NCBI RefSeq assembly: GCF_030684315.1
Contig: NC_081376.1
Coordinates: forward strand, 22,363,018 to 22,427,017
Length of the DNA: 64,000 nt
Direction of reading: 5' to 3'
From: Stegostoma tigrinum
Taxonomy: Eukaryota
The notes under the pieces are model-generated. The model was given only the letters and a program-made list of their open reading frames with translations. It was not told where the DNA came from and ran no database searches. A program made the position numbers and the translations under genes. Within the stretch, counting starts at the first letter, position 1. Each line of letters begins with the position of its first letter. Positions 1 through 19,714 of this stretch are shown here, piece by piece.

Positions 1-294
1 GGCATGACCAGAAACCATCAAAAGGGCTGTCATCAAGAGGTCCAATACGGAACTCAAAGAACTTTACCTACAGCTGTAAGAATGTAGAACTTATTACCAC
101 GGACAGTGGTTAAAAGCAATCAGCATTAATAGGGAAATAAAACAAGCATATGAAGGAGAACGGAACACAGGATAATGGTGATAGACATAGAAGAGAAAAA
201 ACATGGGTGGAAACTTGAACAGAGCACAAATACCAACATGGACTCAGAGATAATGGGAACTGCAGATGCTGGGGAATTCCAAGATAATAAAATG

Positions 295-1296
295 TTAACT
301 GCGTAATCACTTCCTTTCAAAATTATGTAACGACTTCAATCCAATCATCCTCAACCAGAGAAAAGAAGTTGCTTGAGTTTCTTTGTAATGATAATAGTTA
401 TGAGGTAGCAGTCAATGTTCTGGTCAGCCATAATCTAATTGAATGGTTAGAAGAGGCTTGAGGAACTGAATTGACTTGGTTTTTCTTGTTCATTGTCATC
501 CCTGGTCTCTCTCAAACCAGCTCATAGAGCAAGATGAAACTCTAGCTTTTCTTCTTAACTTTCTGTCTACTTGACATTTTTCTCAATTAATTTTAAATTT
601 GCTTTCACTCTGCTGTACTGTTAAATTTCTGTTATAAAGTGAATATTAATCCTTGGGCTGTTTCAGTTCATTTTGCTAATTTGATGCTTAACCATCCAGT
701 GATAGAGCTGTGCAACACATTGCATTTATATAGCACCTTTTAATGTAGTTTAAATAGTCCCAAAGTGCTCCACAACAACATTGATTCAGTGGCAATTATT
801 GTTCGATTAATGTTGTTGTGGAGCACTTTGGGACTATTTAAATTACATTAAAAGGTGCTATATAAATGCAATGTGTTGCACAGCTCTATCACTGGATGGT
901 TAAGCATCAAATTAGCAAAATGAACTGAAACAGCCCAAGGATTAATATTCACTTTATAACAGAAATTTAACAGTACAGCAGAGTGAAAGCAAATTTAAAA
1001 TTATTTGAGAAAAATGTCAAGTAGACAGAAAGTTAAGAAGAAAAGCTAGAGTTTCATCTTGCTCTATGAGCTGGTTTGAGAGAGACCAGGGATGACAATG
1101 AACAAGAAAAACCAAGTCAATTCAGTTCCTCAAGCCTCTTCTAACCATTCAATTAGATTATGGCTGACCAGAACATTGACTGCTACCTCATAACTATTAT
1201 CATTACAAAGAAACTCAAGCAACTTCTTTTCTCTGGTTGAGGATGATTGGATTGAAGTCGTTACGTAATTTTGAAAGGAAGTGATTACGCAGTTAA
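295..1296. repeat. Long inverted repeat: 488-bp arms (295-782 and 809-1296), 26-bp spacer
   Basis: Reverse-complement match read by eye; about 3 mismatches seen. Confidence 0.95.
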
Positions 1297-1679
1297 GGAG
1301 AAACATCCATCTGTTGGTGGGTGACAAGAGCCAAACAACTTCAGAAAGAAGTTCAGAAACACTTTCATTCAGTGATCAAAATCTGTAACTTTCTTCCACA
1401 AAAAAAAAATCACACCTTGATTAATAAACATGGATGCTGGCTACATTAAAGTTTTTAAAATCCAAGATCAGACTTTCATCAGCCAAAACAGGTAAATGGA
1501 GTTAGGACAGGGATCAGTCACATTGTCATTGAATGTTGGAACAGACTTGGAAGTGTTGGGCGGCCTTCACTGGTTCCTAACAAGGAACAAGAATATCTAC
1601 TGATGCTCATAAGTCTAGAATTTGTGGAGAGGTACAGTATCAGAGTTGGTGGGTGAATGAACAGCATACACACACACAC

Positions 1680-1845
1680 ATATCCAGGTTCAAGAGTAAT
1701 TTATTAATTCCTGAAGTCAGTGTTCTAGAACTTGAAATATCATTGGTTGAACAAATATAATCAGACAACAAAAACCATAAACCAGCACTTATGCATCAAA
1801 AAATGTTTTTGATCCCTCACAGAGTATGCTCCCAGCAGCAAGTAC
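1680..1845 (-). other. NDUFAB1: Putative non-coding terminal (3'UTR) exon of NDUFAB1 with polyA signal
   Basis: Donor G|gtaaga after 2534, acceptor tctttggctttgcag| before 1845, AATAAA at 1700-1705 (minus), (GT)n tract downstream at ~1667-1680. Confidence 0.55.
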
Positions 1846-2560
1846 CTGCAAAGCCAAAGACAGATTTTAGAATTTATGTTTTTCGAATGTTTCCAAAACA
1901 TTTCTCAATGACTGATCAGCTGTGATGTCAGTACTTATTAGGGTAAAGTTGCCTTTCTTCAGTGCTAGGTTCAAACTATAGGTTGTGCTGAATTAGTTAA
2001 TCTCTACAGTTCTTTAGACTGCAAAGATTTGGGGACTTTGGTTTGGAGAGGGCAATGGGGTCTAGTCAAGTCTCTTGGAACGTACTGATCTCCTTGCTGG
2101 GGGAGATAAAGAAAACCTTTTATTTCAGCATCGACTAACTGAATTAAGTGTGTTGCTGATCTACTTACGCCATCCCAACACCAGTTCATACCACAAATAA
2201 AGGCCCAACTGGAGTGGTAATATGCTGAACGATTCAGAGATCAAGCTCCTTCCTCATGGTTGGGATGTCTATGTTCCAACCTCTATCCTGAGGATTGGTT
2301 GAAGCCAGGACAGTTTCAGGGTATCATTTCCTCCAACAGTCAAACATTAATGCAAGCAACATTCTTCAGACACCAGACTCAACAAAGTTTTAGTGCATGA
2401 GTTTTGTCTGTGGGAGAACAGTCCCAATCGATTCTGCTTTTATCTGACAGAGACTGTGTCATTGTGATATGGCTTAAGTTAAAAAATGCACACTTCTCTT
2501 CCCCTTTTAAGAACTTATCTGACAAATTCTTACCCATTTTTTGTCTCCAGGGAAAAAAAG

Positions 2561-10613
<8,053 letters not shown>

Positions 10614-13600
10614 CTTGGAAACGATTCTGTTTCCAGCGTGTAGCGCGGCGGCCGTGGCAAGGTCAACAACGCCCATGCGCGGCCCGGCCTGCCCCGCCCC
10701 CGAACTCCACACCTACCGCCGCTGGTGGCGCTGTCCGTGGAGAGTCTGCAGTCTGACGACTCGTAGCTGCTGTGGAACTTATCTACCTTTGTGGAGATAA
10801 GTGATACAACCAAGTTAAGTCAGTGTGGAGTTATGGGTCATAGTCCAGATTTCAGGGATTTGGATAAGAAACTTTGGATAAGGTTGATCAAAATAGATAC
10901 TCCAGATTTTAATTTTCGTTCTGTCACTTAACTGACTGTTCGTATTGCTTGCAATATAGCGAGATCTGTAGGGTGGTACTCTGGCTTGTAATGAAAAGTC
11001 CTTCTTTAATAGTCAGGATAGGGGAGGTAGTGGTGTAGTCACTAGTCGAGTAACAAGGCTACTAATCTAAAAGCGCAGACCAATGTTCTGGAGGCAGGGG
11101 TTCAAGTTAATACCATCTTGAATTGAAGGCTAGCCTCAGTAATGTTGCTACGAAACTAAAATATTCTGGTTCGTGATTGTCCTTCAGAAGAGGAAATATG
11201 GCGTTCTTACCTAATCTGGCCTACACGTGACTCGAGAACCACTAATGCGGATTACTCTAAAGTACCCTCTGAATTGGCACAACATACGCTCACCTCAAGA
11301 GGAATTAAGGATGGACAACAAATACTGACTTTATGACATCTGCACCTGTGAGAAAATAAAGAAAAAATATGTTCTAACTTCAACATTCCTATTTGACCAA
11401 AAGTTTACAAGGTGCAATCCTGCCATGGGCCACGAGATGGCAGTGGATTGTAGCCCTCAGGGAAGTAGGCGCCATTGCTATCTTTACAAGGTGTTCAGTG
11501 CAGCATAAAGCATTTCCATCCAACATTTTATATGGGGTAAGTGCAGCAGGAAACTGCAGTGCACTACCATCTTTATAGGAGGTAATGTACAACAGAAAGC
11601 ATGTACAGCTGTCATTTTATAGAGCATCCTGGGCTAGAAGCTGCATGAGAGGACCCTTCACCAACTAGCAATTGTCCAGGACTGTTCCATAATTTTCCTT
11701 TCTACCTGGCATCCCACGTCGAGCCTTCTGAGAATTATTTTGTCCTGAGTTACTTCTGTATTTGCATTAACGTGCCCCAGCCTCCAGTCCATTCCTAAAT
11801 CACGTCCATAACCCCCCATGGTAAACAGCTTTTCACCCAGAATTGGTCACTGTCACCAACTCTTTGACCAATGGTAAGTTACCTTGACTGGAATCACCTA
11901 AGTGTAGGAAATGATAACTGTTTACTAATGAAGCTGTGAATTTTCTTATTTATACAACGTATCTTATCAATATAGTTTCAGAGCAGTGGTACCACAGCTT
12001 CTTAACATAGGGTCTCCATGCTTCTATACCAACACTCCCAACCCCAAAGAGAAGAAATCAGTAAGGAAATTGGTAGTGAATGTACTGGTCATACTGGAGC
12101 ACTGTTCTGAGGTACACAAGACAAGTTGGACTGGTACACATCATTTGCAAGTTCTACTGGTTTGTCGGTGTGTCGCTGACCTAATTTCACAATCATGTCA
12201 GCGCAATAACCACCCTGTCCACCACCAAAAAATGTTCTTTATTTATTTCTTAAGAGTTGGTTACCTGCTTTGTACAACTGACCATAAACCACCCACAAAG
12301 TGGCAAGAAAGAATGCTATAATAAGATTTGATTACAAGGACTAATTTGATATGAAGACTTTTGAGAAATGACACGTAGTGAAAGTCATATGCTTGGGTAG
12401 ATCAGAAAAATTTTAAATATGATTCTCAAAGACCTTGATCAATGAGTTTTCTTACGTTATGTACTAATTTACCGTGGACTAATTGAGAACATGATTGTTA
12501 TGAATAGTAATTGATCATTGTTTTAAACATATAAAAGTAAGATTTTCTTCCCCAGGACAGCACAAGGCAAAGTAGATGGGCCTTGGCCTTTGTAAAATCT
12601 AGTAATTCCTAATACTGAGGAAAAGTTGGAGATGCACTCCTTTCATTGAATAGATATTGAGTAGATGTCTGGAGTTCAGCTTGCTGTTGTTACAACAACA
12701 GGGAGCACAGGAGTCTGCCTATGGAACAGCGAGCTTCTGTGAAGAGACTTAACCAGTTGTAGCAACAGCGCCTTATTACCCATGGCTCTTCAGTTCTCCC
12801 TGCAAGCATAACCAAGTGCCTGCGCCATCGTAACCAGGCACTGACTGCTGGTTCCTGCCTGGGTAAGGGAGGTATCTACCCCATCTGGGCCATTGACTGC
12901 ACTCAGTTCACCCTGCGTAAGGCCTGGAGCTGTGCCAATGACCCCATGAAGCTTCAGGAACAGCACATCTTCAAAACCAGAACACGAAAAAGTTGAGAGA
13001 AGCAACCAATATTGGCCCAATTCCCAGACCCTTGTGTGGTGTAGCTTTCTCCTTGTAAATTAGATTACCTGTTTGCTGAAAACATGTTTAAGTTATTTTG
13101 GGCAGATGCATGAGTATGTGTTGCTGCCTTTTGATAATTTATTTTTGTTTTATTAACAGGACGTACTCGCACTTTTTAATATTCAGAGTCTGTATTGTTT
13201 CCTATGTTCTGAAAACAGTTTGTATAAAGCTCATGTAAGTCAGAATAACCAACGAGGGCCAAGTGTACAAAAAAACTAAATAAAAACAGTGCAACCCTTG
13301 TCTTGTGCTCTTGCAGTGTGACTTTTCTTTCCCCAGCTCCTGAACGAGGTGACATGCTCTGCACAATTTGACCTTCCTCTAACCTTAATCCAAGATAAAC
13401 GGTAACAAAAATTAGACGTTTTTGTTTTAACATGACTTGGCCTCTGCAAAAAATTTGCAGGTGAGTCAGTCTAATTGGGTTTTGTTTCCAAATGGTCGGT
13501 ACGGACATAGGGCGAATATGTAACTTGGGCAATTAAAATGTCACTAAAATGTTGTCCTTCTGCCAGCAGGGGGTGGTGTAGTACAGAACCGATGATGAAG

Positions 13601-14384
13601 TGTCAGACTAGTAAACAGATCTCACACAAAAACTGCAGAAAGGCAAATATTGAAAACATTGTATTTAAGAAACTTGTTATACGGACGGTTTGAAGTGCTG
13701 TGATTGCACACCACAATCCTGTGAATAACATATTTATATAAAAACATCACCTTTTGGCAGGCATTGACCTGTACACACAAACCTTTTAACTTGACGTATC
13801 AACTGTGCCTCATGTTTGCTGAGACAGAGTCATGGCTCCAAGTTCTAAAATTCCAATACAAAATCCAAGTGCACTGGTTTAGATGTAAACTGAGATCTTT
13901 GCCCTTTCAGCTGTAAAGCATCATTTCTAGAAAAACAAGGGGGCTGTTCTTTGTCTTCCTGGCCTGATATTTAACTATCAAACATCATATCCTTCATTAA
14001 TCTCAACAGTGTGGTAGACTGCTGTTTTCTCCAGAACAGTGACTACACTAGTAGTACTTAACATCCTGAAGTGCTTTGCAGGTATTTCCGAGATTGTGAA
14101 AGACATTACCTTGATCAACTCTGTTCGAAGCATGCATGACCTGATTTGAATGGTCTAAGTATCACTTAATATACTTGGATCTCTGTGTTCATTGGGTAAT
14201 GCTGAAGGGCATGCTATTATAACACAACAAATAATCCAGACAACATGATTGGAAAATAGCCATGGTAGTTTTTAGAATTTGAATTTAGCTTAAAAAGAAA
14301 CTGAGTAAATGGTTGATATCAGTAAACATTTCTGAAACTTGTGTTACAATAAAATGTATATTAACTTCCAATAAATTACTTAAG

Positions 14385-16085
14385 AATCATAGAGTCATAG
14401 GGCACAGAAACAGACCCCTCAGTCCAACCAGTTCATGCTGAACATAATCCCAACTAAACTAGTCCCATTTGCTTGCTTCTGGCCGATATCCCTCCAAACC
14501 TTTGCCATTCATATATCCATCCAAATGTCTTTTAAACATTGTAATTGGACCTGCATCCACCACTTCCTCAGGAAGTTCATTCCAAATGCAAACGACCCTC
14601 TGTGTTTGAAATTTGCCTCTTGCCTTCTTTTGAAATCTCTTTCCTCTCATCTGCAAAAAGTGTGTGCCCTAGGCTTGAGGTTCCCCATCTTAGGGAAAGG
14701 ACAATGACCATCAGCTCTATATCTGTCACTATTTTATAAACTTCAATTTGGTCACTTATCAAACTCCTACGCTCCAGTGAAAGATATTCCAGCCTCTACA
14801 GCCTTTCCTTATAACTCAAACCTTCCACACCCAGCAACATCCTGATAAATCTCTTCTGAACCCTCTCCAGCTTGATAATATCATTCCTATAACTGGGTGA
14901 CTAAATGGGAGACAATATTCCAGAAGAGGCCTCAGCAATGTCTTGTACTAACCTCAAAATAACATCCCAACTCCTACACTCAAAGGCCAAGCGGCTTTGG
15001 GGAGGTGATAGTCTAGTTGTATTATTGTTTGACCATTAATCTAAAGACCCAGATAACGTTCTGGGGACCTGGATTCAAATCACATCATGGCAGATAGTAG
15101 AATTTGAATTTAATAAATGTCTGAAATTAAGAATCTAATGATTACCGTGAATCCATTGTCAATTGTCAGAAAAATCCATCTGGTTCACTAATGTCCCTTA
15201 GGGAAGGAAATTGCCATCCTTACCTGGCCTGGCCTACATGTTGACTCCAGACCCACAGCAATATGGTTGACTCTCATCTGCCTTCCGGGCAATTAGGAAT
15301 GGACAATAATGCTGCCTATCCTGTAGCACACTCATCCCAAGAATGAGTTTTTTAAAAATCCTGACTATGTGTGATACGAACTTTAGAGAATTATGTACCT
15401 GCACCCCTACTTCCCCCCGTTCAACAATGCTACCCAAGAACCTACCATTAATTAAGGTCTAGCCTTGTTTGTTGCACCAAAAGCAGCACCTCACATTTAT
15501 CTGGATTGAACTCCATCTGCCATTTTTCAGTCCAATGACCCATGTAATCAAGATCCTTTTGTAATCTTGGAAAACTTTCTTCACTGTTTACAATGTCACT
15601 AATTTTGATGTCATCCACAAACTTACCAACCATGCCTTCTACTTCCTCAGCCTAATCATTTATAAAAATGACAAACAAAAGAGAACCACAACCAATCCCT
15701 GTGGAACACTACTAGTCACAAACCTCCATTCGAAAAGCAATCCTCCATCATTATTCTCTGTCTCCTGCCGTTAAGCCAATTATGTATCCAATTGGCAAGG
15801 TCATCCTGAATCCCATGTGACCTAACTTCACTAATTAGTCTACCGTGTGGAAATTTGTCAAAGGCTTCACTAAATTCCAAAGAAACAATGTCTACTGCAC
15901 TGCCATCATCAACCTTTTTGGTAACTTCCTCAAGAAAAATCAAATGTTTGAGAGACACGATTTTCCTCGCATAAAGCCATGCTGACTATCCCTAGTCAAT
16001 TTTTGCCTCTCTAAATGTCATAAATCCTGTCTTTTATAATCACCTCCAACAATTTACCCATAACCGCAGTCAGACTCACAGGTCT
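14385..16085 (-). mobile_element. CR1-type LINE 3' portion, decayed, split by a SINE
   Basis: ORF pieces FLEEVTKKVDDGSAVDIVSLEFSEAFDKFPHGRL, KFVDDIKI, WQMEFNPDKCEVL, FQTQRVVCIWNELPEEVV. Confidence 0.88.
15000..15350 (+). mobile_element. Older tRNA-derived SINE interrupting a CR1 (related copies ~11020-11350 +, ~21450-21620 -, ~28540-28865 -, ~56610-56825 -)
   Basis: Shared core catctggttcactaatgtcccttagggaaggaaattgccatccttacctggcctggcctacatg. Confidence 0.65.
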
Positions 16086-16584
16086 GATCTGGTAGGATGT
16101 AATCCAAATACGAATATAAATCATACCCATGTGCCCTACCCATTTCACATATTGCAAAAACATTCTAATAACTCAGCGTTGGGCTCACTTGTTCAAGATT
16201 TCTGTATCCCTCTAATTGTGGGCTGTAATGCCTCTCAAATTTTAATCATTCCACTAGTAGCCAGAGTTTCTGTTGCTGAGGTACTAAGATCTAGAATTTC
16301 TCCTTACGAACCACACTTTTCTGCAGTAATACAATCCTTAAAGACATCTTCCTCACCAGCTTAAGTATTTAACATAGGTCAGTGTCAAATTTTGCAAAGT
16401 TGCTTGGTACCTTTGTCAGTAGCATTAAATCAATGTTCTTGTTATGATTCTAAACTTTAAAAAAAAGCCTTTTCTAATCTTAAGTATAGACTAAAATTCA
16501 AACAAGCTATGCTGTAAGCTTTGAATAGGTAGACAAGTGTAATTTGTAGCAAATCATCCCTTTGCCTAAGTCCTCATTTATATT

Positions 16585-17093
16585 TCATAGAATCAGAATC
16601 CTGGAGTGCGGAAACAGGCTATTCAACCCAACATGTCCATACCGCCCCTTTGAAGACCATCCCATCTAGACCTATTCCTCCATCCCTGCATTTCCCAGGT
16701 CTAATCCAGCTAACCTAAACACCCTGGGCACTATCGGCATTTTAGCATGGCCAATCCACTTAACCTGCACATCTTTGAACTGTGGGAAGAAACTGGATCA
16801 CCCGGAGGAAACCCACACAGACATGGGGAGAATGTGCAAACTCCACAGACAGAGTCATCCGTGGCTGGAATTGAACCTGTGTCCCTAGCGCTGTGAGATC
16901 ACAGTGCTAACCACTGAGCCACCATGCCACCCTAAACTGCACATCTTTGTATTGTAGGGAGAAAGCAGAGCACCCAGAGGAAACCCACACAGACACAGGG
17001 AGAATGTACAAACTCCACACAGGCAGTCACCCTTCAGTGGAATCGAACCCAGGTCCCTGGTGCTGTCAGGCAGCAGTGCTAACCACCATGCCT
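16585..17093 (-). mobile_element. Two tandem HE1/V-SINE-like SINEs (second 3'-truncated)
   Basis: Two tRNA-like heads ending at ~16932 and ~17093, each with the aaactccacacag core. Confidence 0.8.
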
Positions 17094-17636
17094 TAAATCC
17101 CAATAAATCAGTAATCTCAAAGAAGAAATCTTTAATACATGTGGGGCTTGTCCCTCGAAAGTGCAGCATTACAAGCACAAACTCATTATATTGCTGAAAA
17201 CACCAACAGACTTATTTTATACATTGTATCCAGTGATGCAAGATAACAATTGTAAGATATGAAAACATGACAAACAGGAGTGAAAGAAATCAGAGGATGA
17301 TTTAGTATGTATTCAGGTAATCTTAGTTACACAGTGAGCTTGATTTAAATTTTTTTTAAAAAGCATTTTCGAAACATAAGGACTGAAGCTGAATACAAAG
17401 CATTTGTTTTAGATAGTCATAGACGCGGTATTTCCAGAATTTAAGTTTTTAGTGTTTACAATTTACTTTTTGTTTCAAAGAATATTGTTATAATTCCTCT
17501 TATTATTCTTTGTTTGTAGTGCATTTACATTTTTCATTTTGTAATTCTTTCCAAGCTGGGTCTCATCTCCAGTCAGAATCTCATAAAAGACCAAATTTTG
17601 AATCTTTTATTTTTGCTTGAGGGAGTATTTAGGTTC

Positions 17637-17835
17637 AGAAACTAAGTTGCTGGAAAAGCTCAGCAGGTCTGGCAGCATCTGTGAAGGGAAAAAAACAGAA
17701 TTAACGTTTCGGGTTCAGTGGTCCTTCCTCAGAACTTCTGAGGAAGGGTCACTGGACATAAAACGTTTAGTCTATTTTCCAGCAACTTTGTTTTTGTTCC
17801 TGAATCACAGCATCTGCAGTTCTTTCGGTTTTTAT
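17637..17835. mobile_element. Hairpin mini-element, family 2, 15-bp TSD
   Basis: ...ccttcctcagaa c ttctgaggaagg... inverted centre at ~17735; TSD ggagtatttaggttc at 17622-17636 and 17836-17850. Confidence 0.85.
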
Positions 17836-19488
17836 GGAGTATTTAGGTTCTTGGTTTCAAACCGCTTGTAAAAGTCAACAGTTCTTCAGGCCTCAAGTAT
17901 CAGCATAGTTTTCTGAGCTGAGCTTTCTGAAATGGACTTGAACCAACAACCAACTTAAGTCTAACTGATTAAACCAGCAGCTGGGAACAGTTCCAGATTT
18001 TTCCTTTAACATTCTTCCAACAGTTCACTGCCTGTTCAAAAGCTGGTACCTCTCCACCCTCAAAGTATTAATTCAGGGGCCTGCAACCAGAATTGTCCAA
18101 TCATACACCACTATAGATGTTATGACAATTCTCAATAAATGCAAACAGCTTGAAGATCCCAACCTATCCACAACGTATTTCCAATTTGTTGACAAGACAA
18201 ACAATATCCTCCGTATCTAGTCTTTTAGGCTGGTGGGCCTGCAATCACTGCAGGTAAGTACTTGCTTATATTCTTGCATGCAATGTTTCTGTCTGTTCCT
18301 ATATCCATATTGATTGTTCTATGATCACTTCATTTTGATCAAGTGTACTAGAGTTCTTGACGCTTTGACCATATGCTGTTCTACTAGTAAGTTGTGACTA
18401 GTGATAATTAATTTTCTAATATGAGAGGAAGCAAGGATGTTTTCTAGACACTCTACTCACATTTCTTGGTACATTTTAAATGATGTTCTTTTCATTGACA
18501 TTGCAGCTACAAATCTTTGCCTAGATCAACAATATCTGTTGTAGACAGCTGCACAATCAAAGGTGACTGGCCACATGAATGAAGACAGTTTGTGAGCTGT
18601 AACACAAGAATTCCAAACACTTTGAGCAGGTAGGTACTGAAAAGCTCAAAACTCGGGTAGCTGTTTTGCTGACTACCATAGGAGGAACTGCTCCAGACTG
18701 CCAGATACTATGCAACATTGCAGCATTCAAAATAAGAACTCTGTACCATGGTTTATTATACAGTTTATGAAAGACATTACTTCTTATCCAAATTAGTGTT
18801 TATGTACAAAATGGACTGGTCAACTATCTTTTATTACTGGTAAAGAGCTGTGATTTACTGCTGTTCTTATTCATATGTTTACACTCAAATGATCACAGCA
18901 AGCTATTTGATGATTTCCCCTTACTCCTTCAAAGCTGTAAATCCTAAATTAACAATAATATCTTTCAATATGGGAAGATAATGCAAATGTTTCCAACCTG
19001 ACATTCTCAGGGTCTAATTCCACTAACAAAAAAATTGTGAAAATGAGTAAGAATGACCTGTGCAGTGTAAAACTACGACACAGGAAGTTCACAATGCTTT
19101 TCCTGAATCACCCAGAACTGAACATTTGGAAAGAAAAGTGTGTCTAATGCTCACCTAAACGTACAAAAGGTAATTTTTTTTTATATTGTATACCAGGTAT
19201 CCTCTGAACATTTTGTTGAAATAGGCCTGTCCAGATTTCATATTCTGGCTTTCCCCAATAGCAATAAACAGACACTACACAACAGTTCAATACATCAATA
19301 CAAATTGTAGTACAACTTTATATAGTACAAAGGAAACAAAAGTAATCATCTTTGCACTGCAACGTTTTGTTCTACAAACATATTATTTGGTGTTTTCATT
19401 CAACTGATAAGGTGAGAAGTTTCAAATAAATAAACAGATTTTGAAGCTACTTTCTTGCATCAATCGTGATGCAGTAATACCATTATAC

Positions 19489-19714
19489 TTAATTCAATCC
19501 AGCTCCCAAATATTTATAGATATACACAGTTTGGTCATTCTTTCTGGCCAGGAGGCAGGAATTGGCTTCTGCCCAGTGGAAAAGTGACCAGAATGCATTG
19601 GGGCCATGGTGTAGAACGGTCGAGATGTGGCCAGAAAGTACATCCCAAAGAATCAGGGTTCCAGGGGTTACAATTGCTGCAATTGACTGGTCTTTCACAC
19701 CTCCAACAAGGTAC
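19489..19714 (-). CDS. PALB2: PALB2 exon 14 (last coding exon, WD40)
   Basis: [74 protein letters not shown]. Confidence 0.92.

Noticed and set aside
110-1327. Short ORFs 110-310, 126-320 and 1130-1327
   Set aside because: They derive from repeat and palindrome sequence with no recognisable protein similarity.
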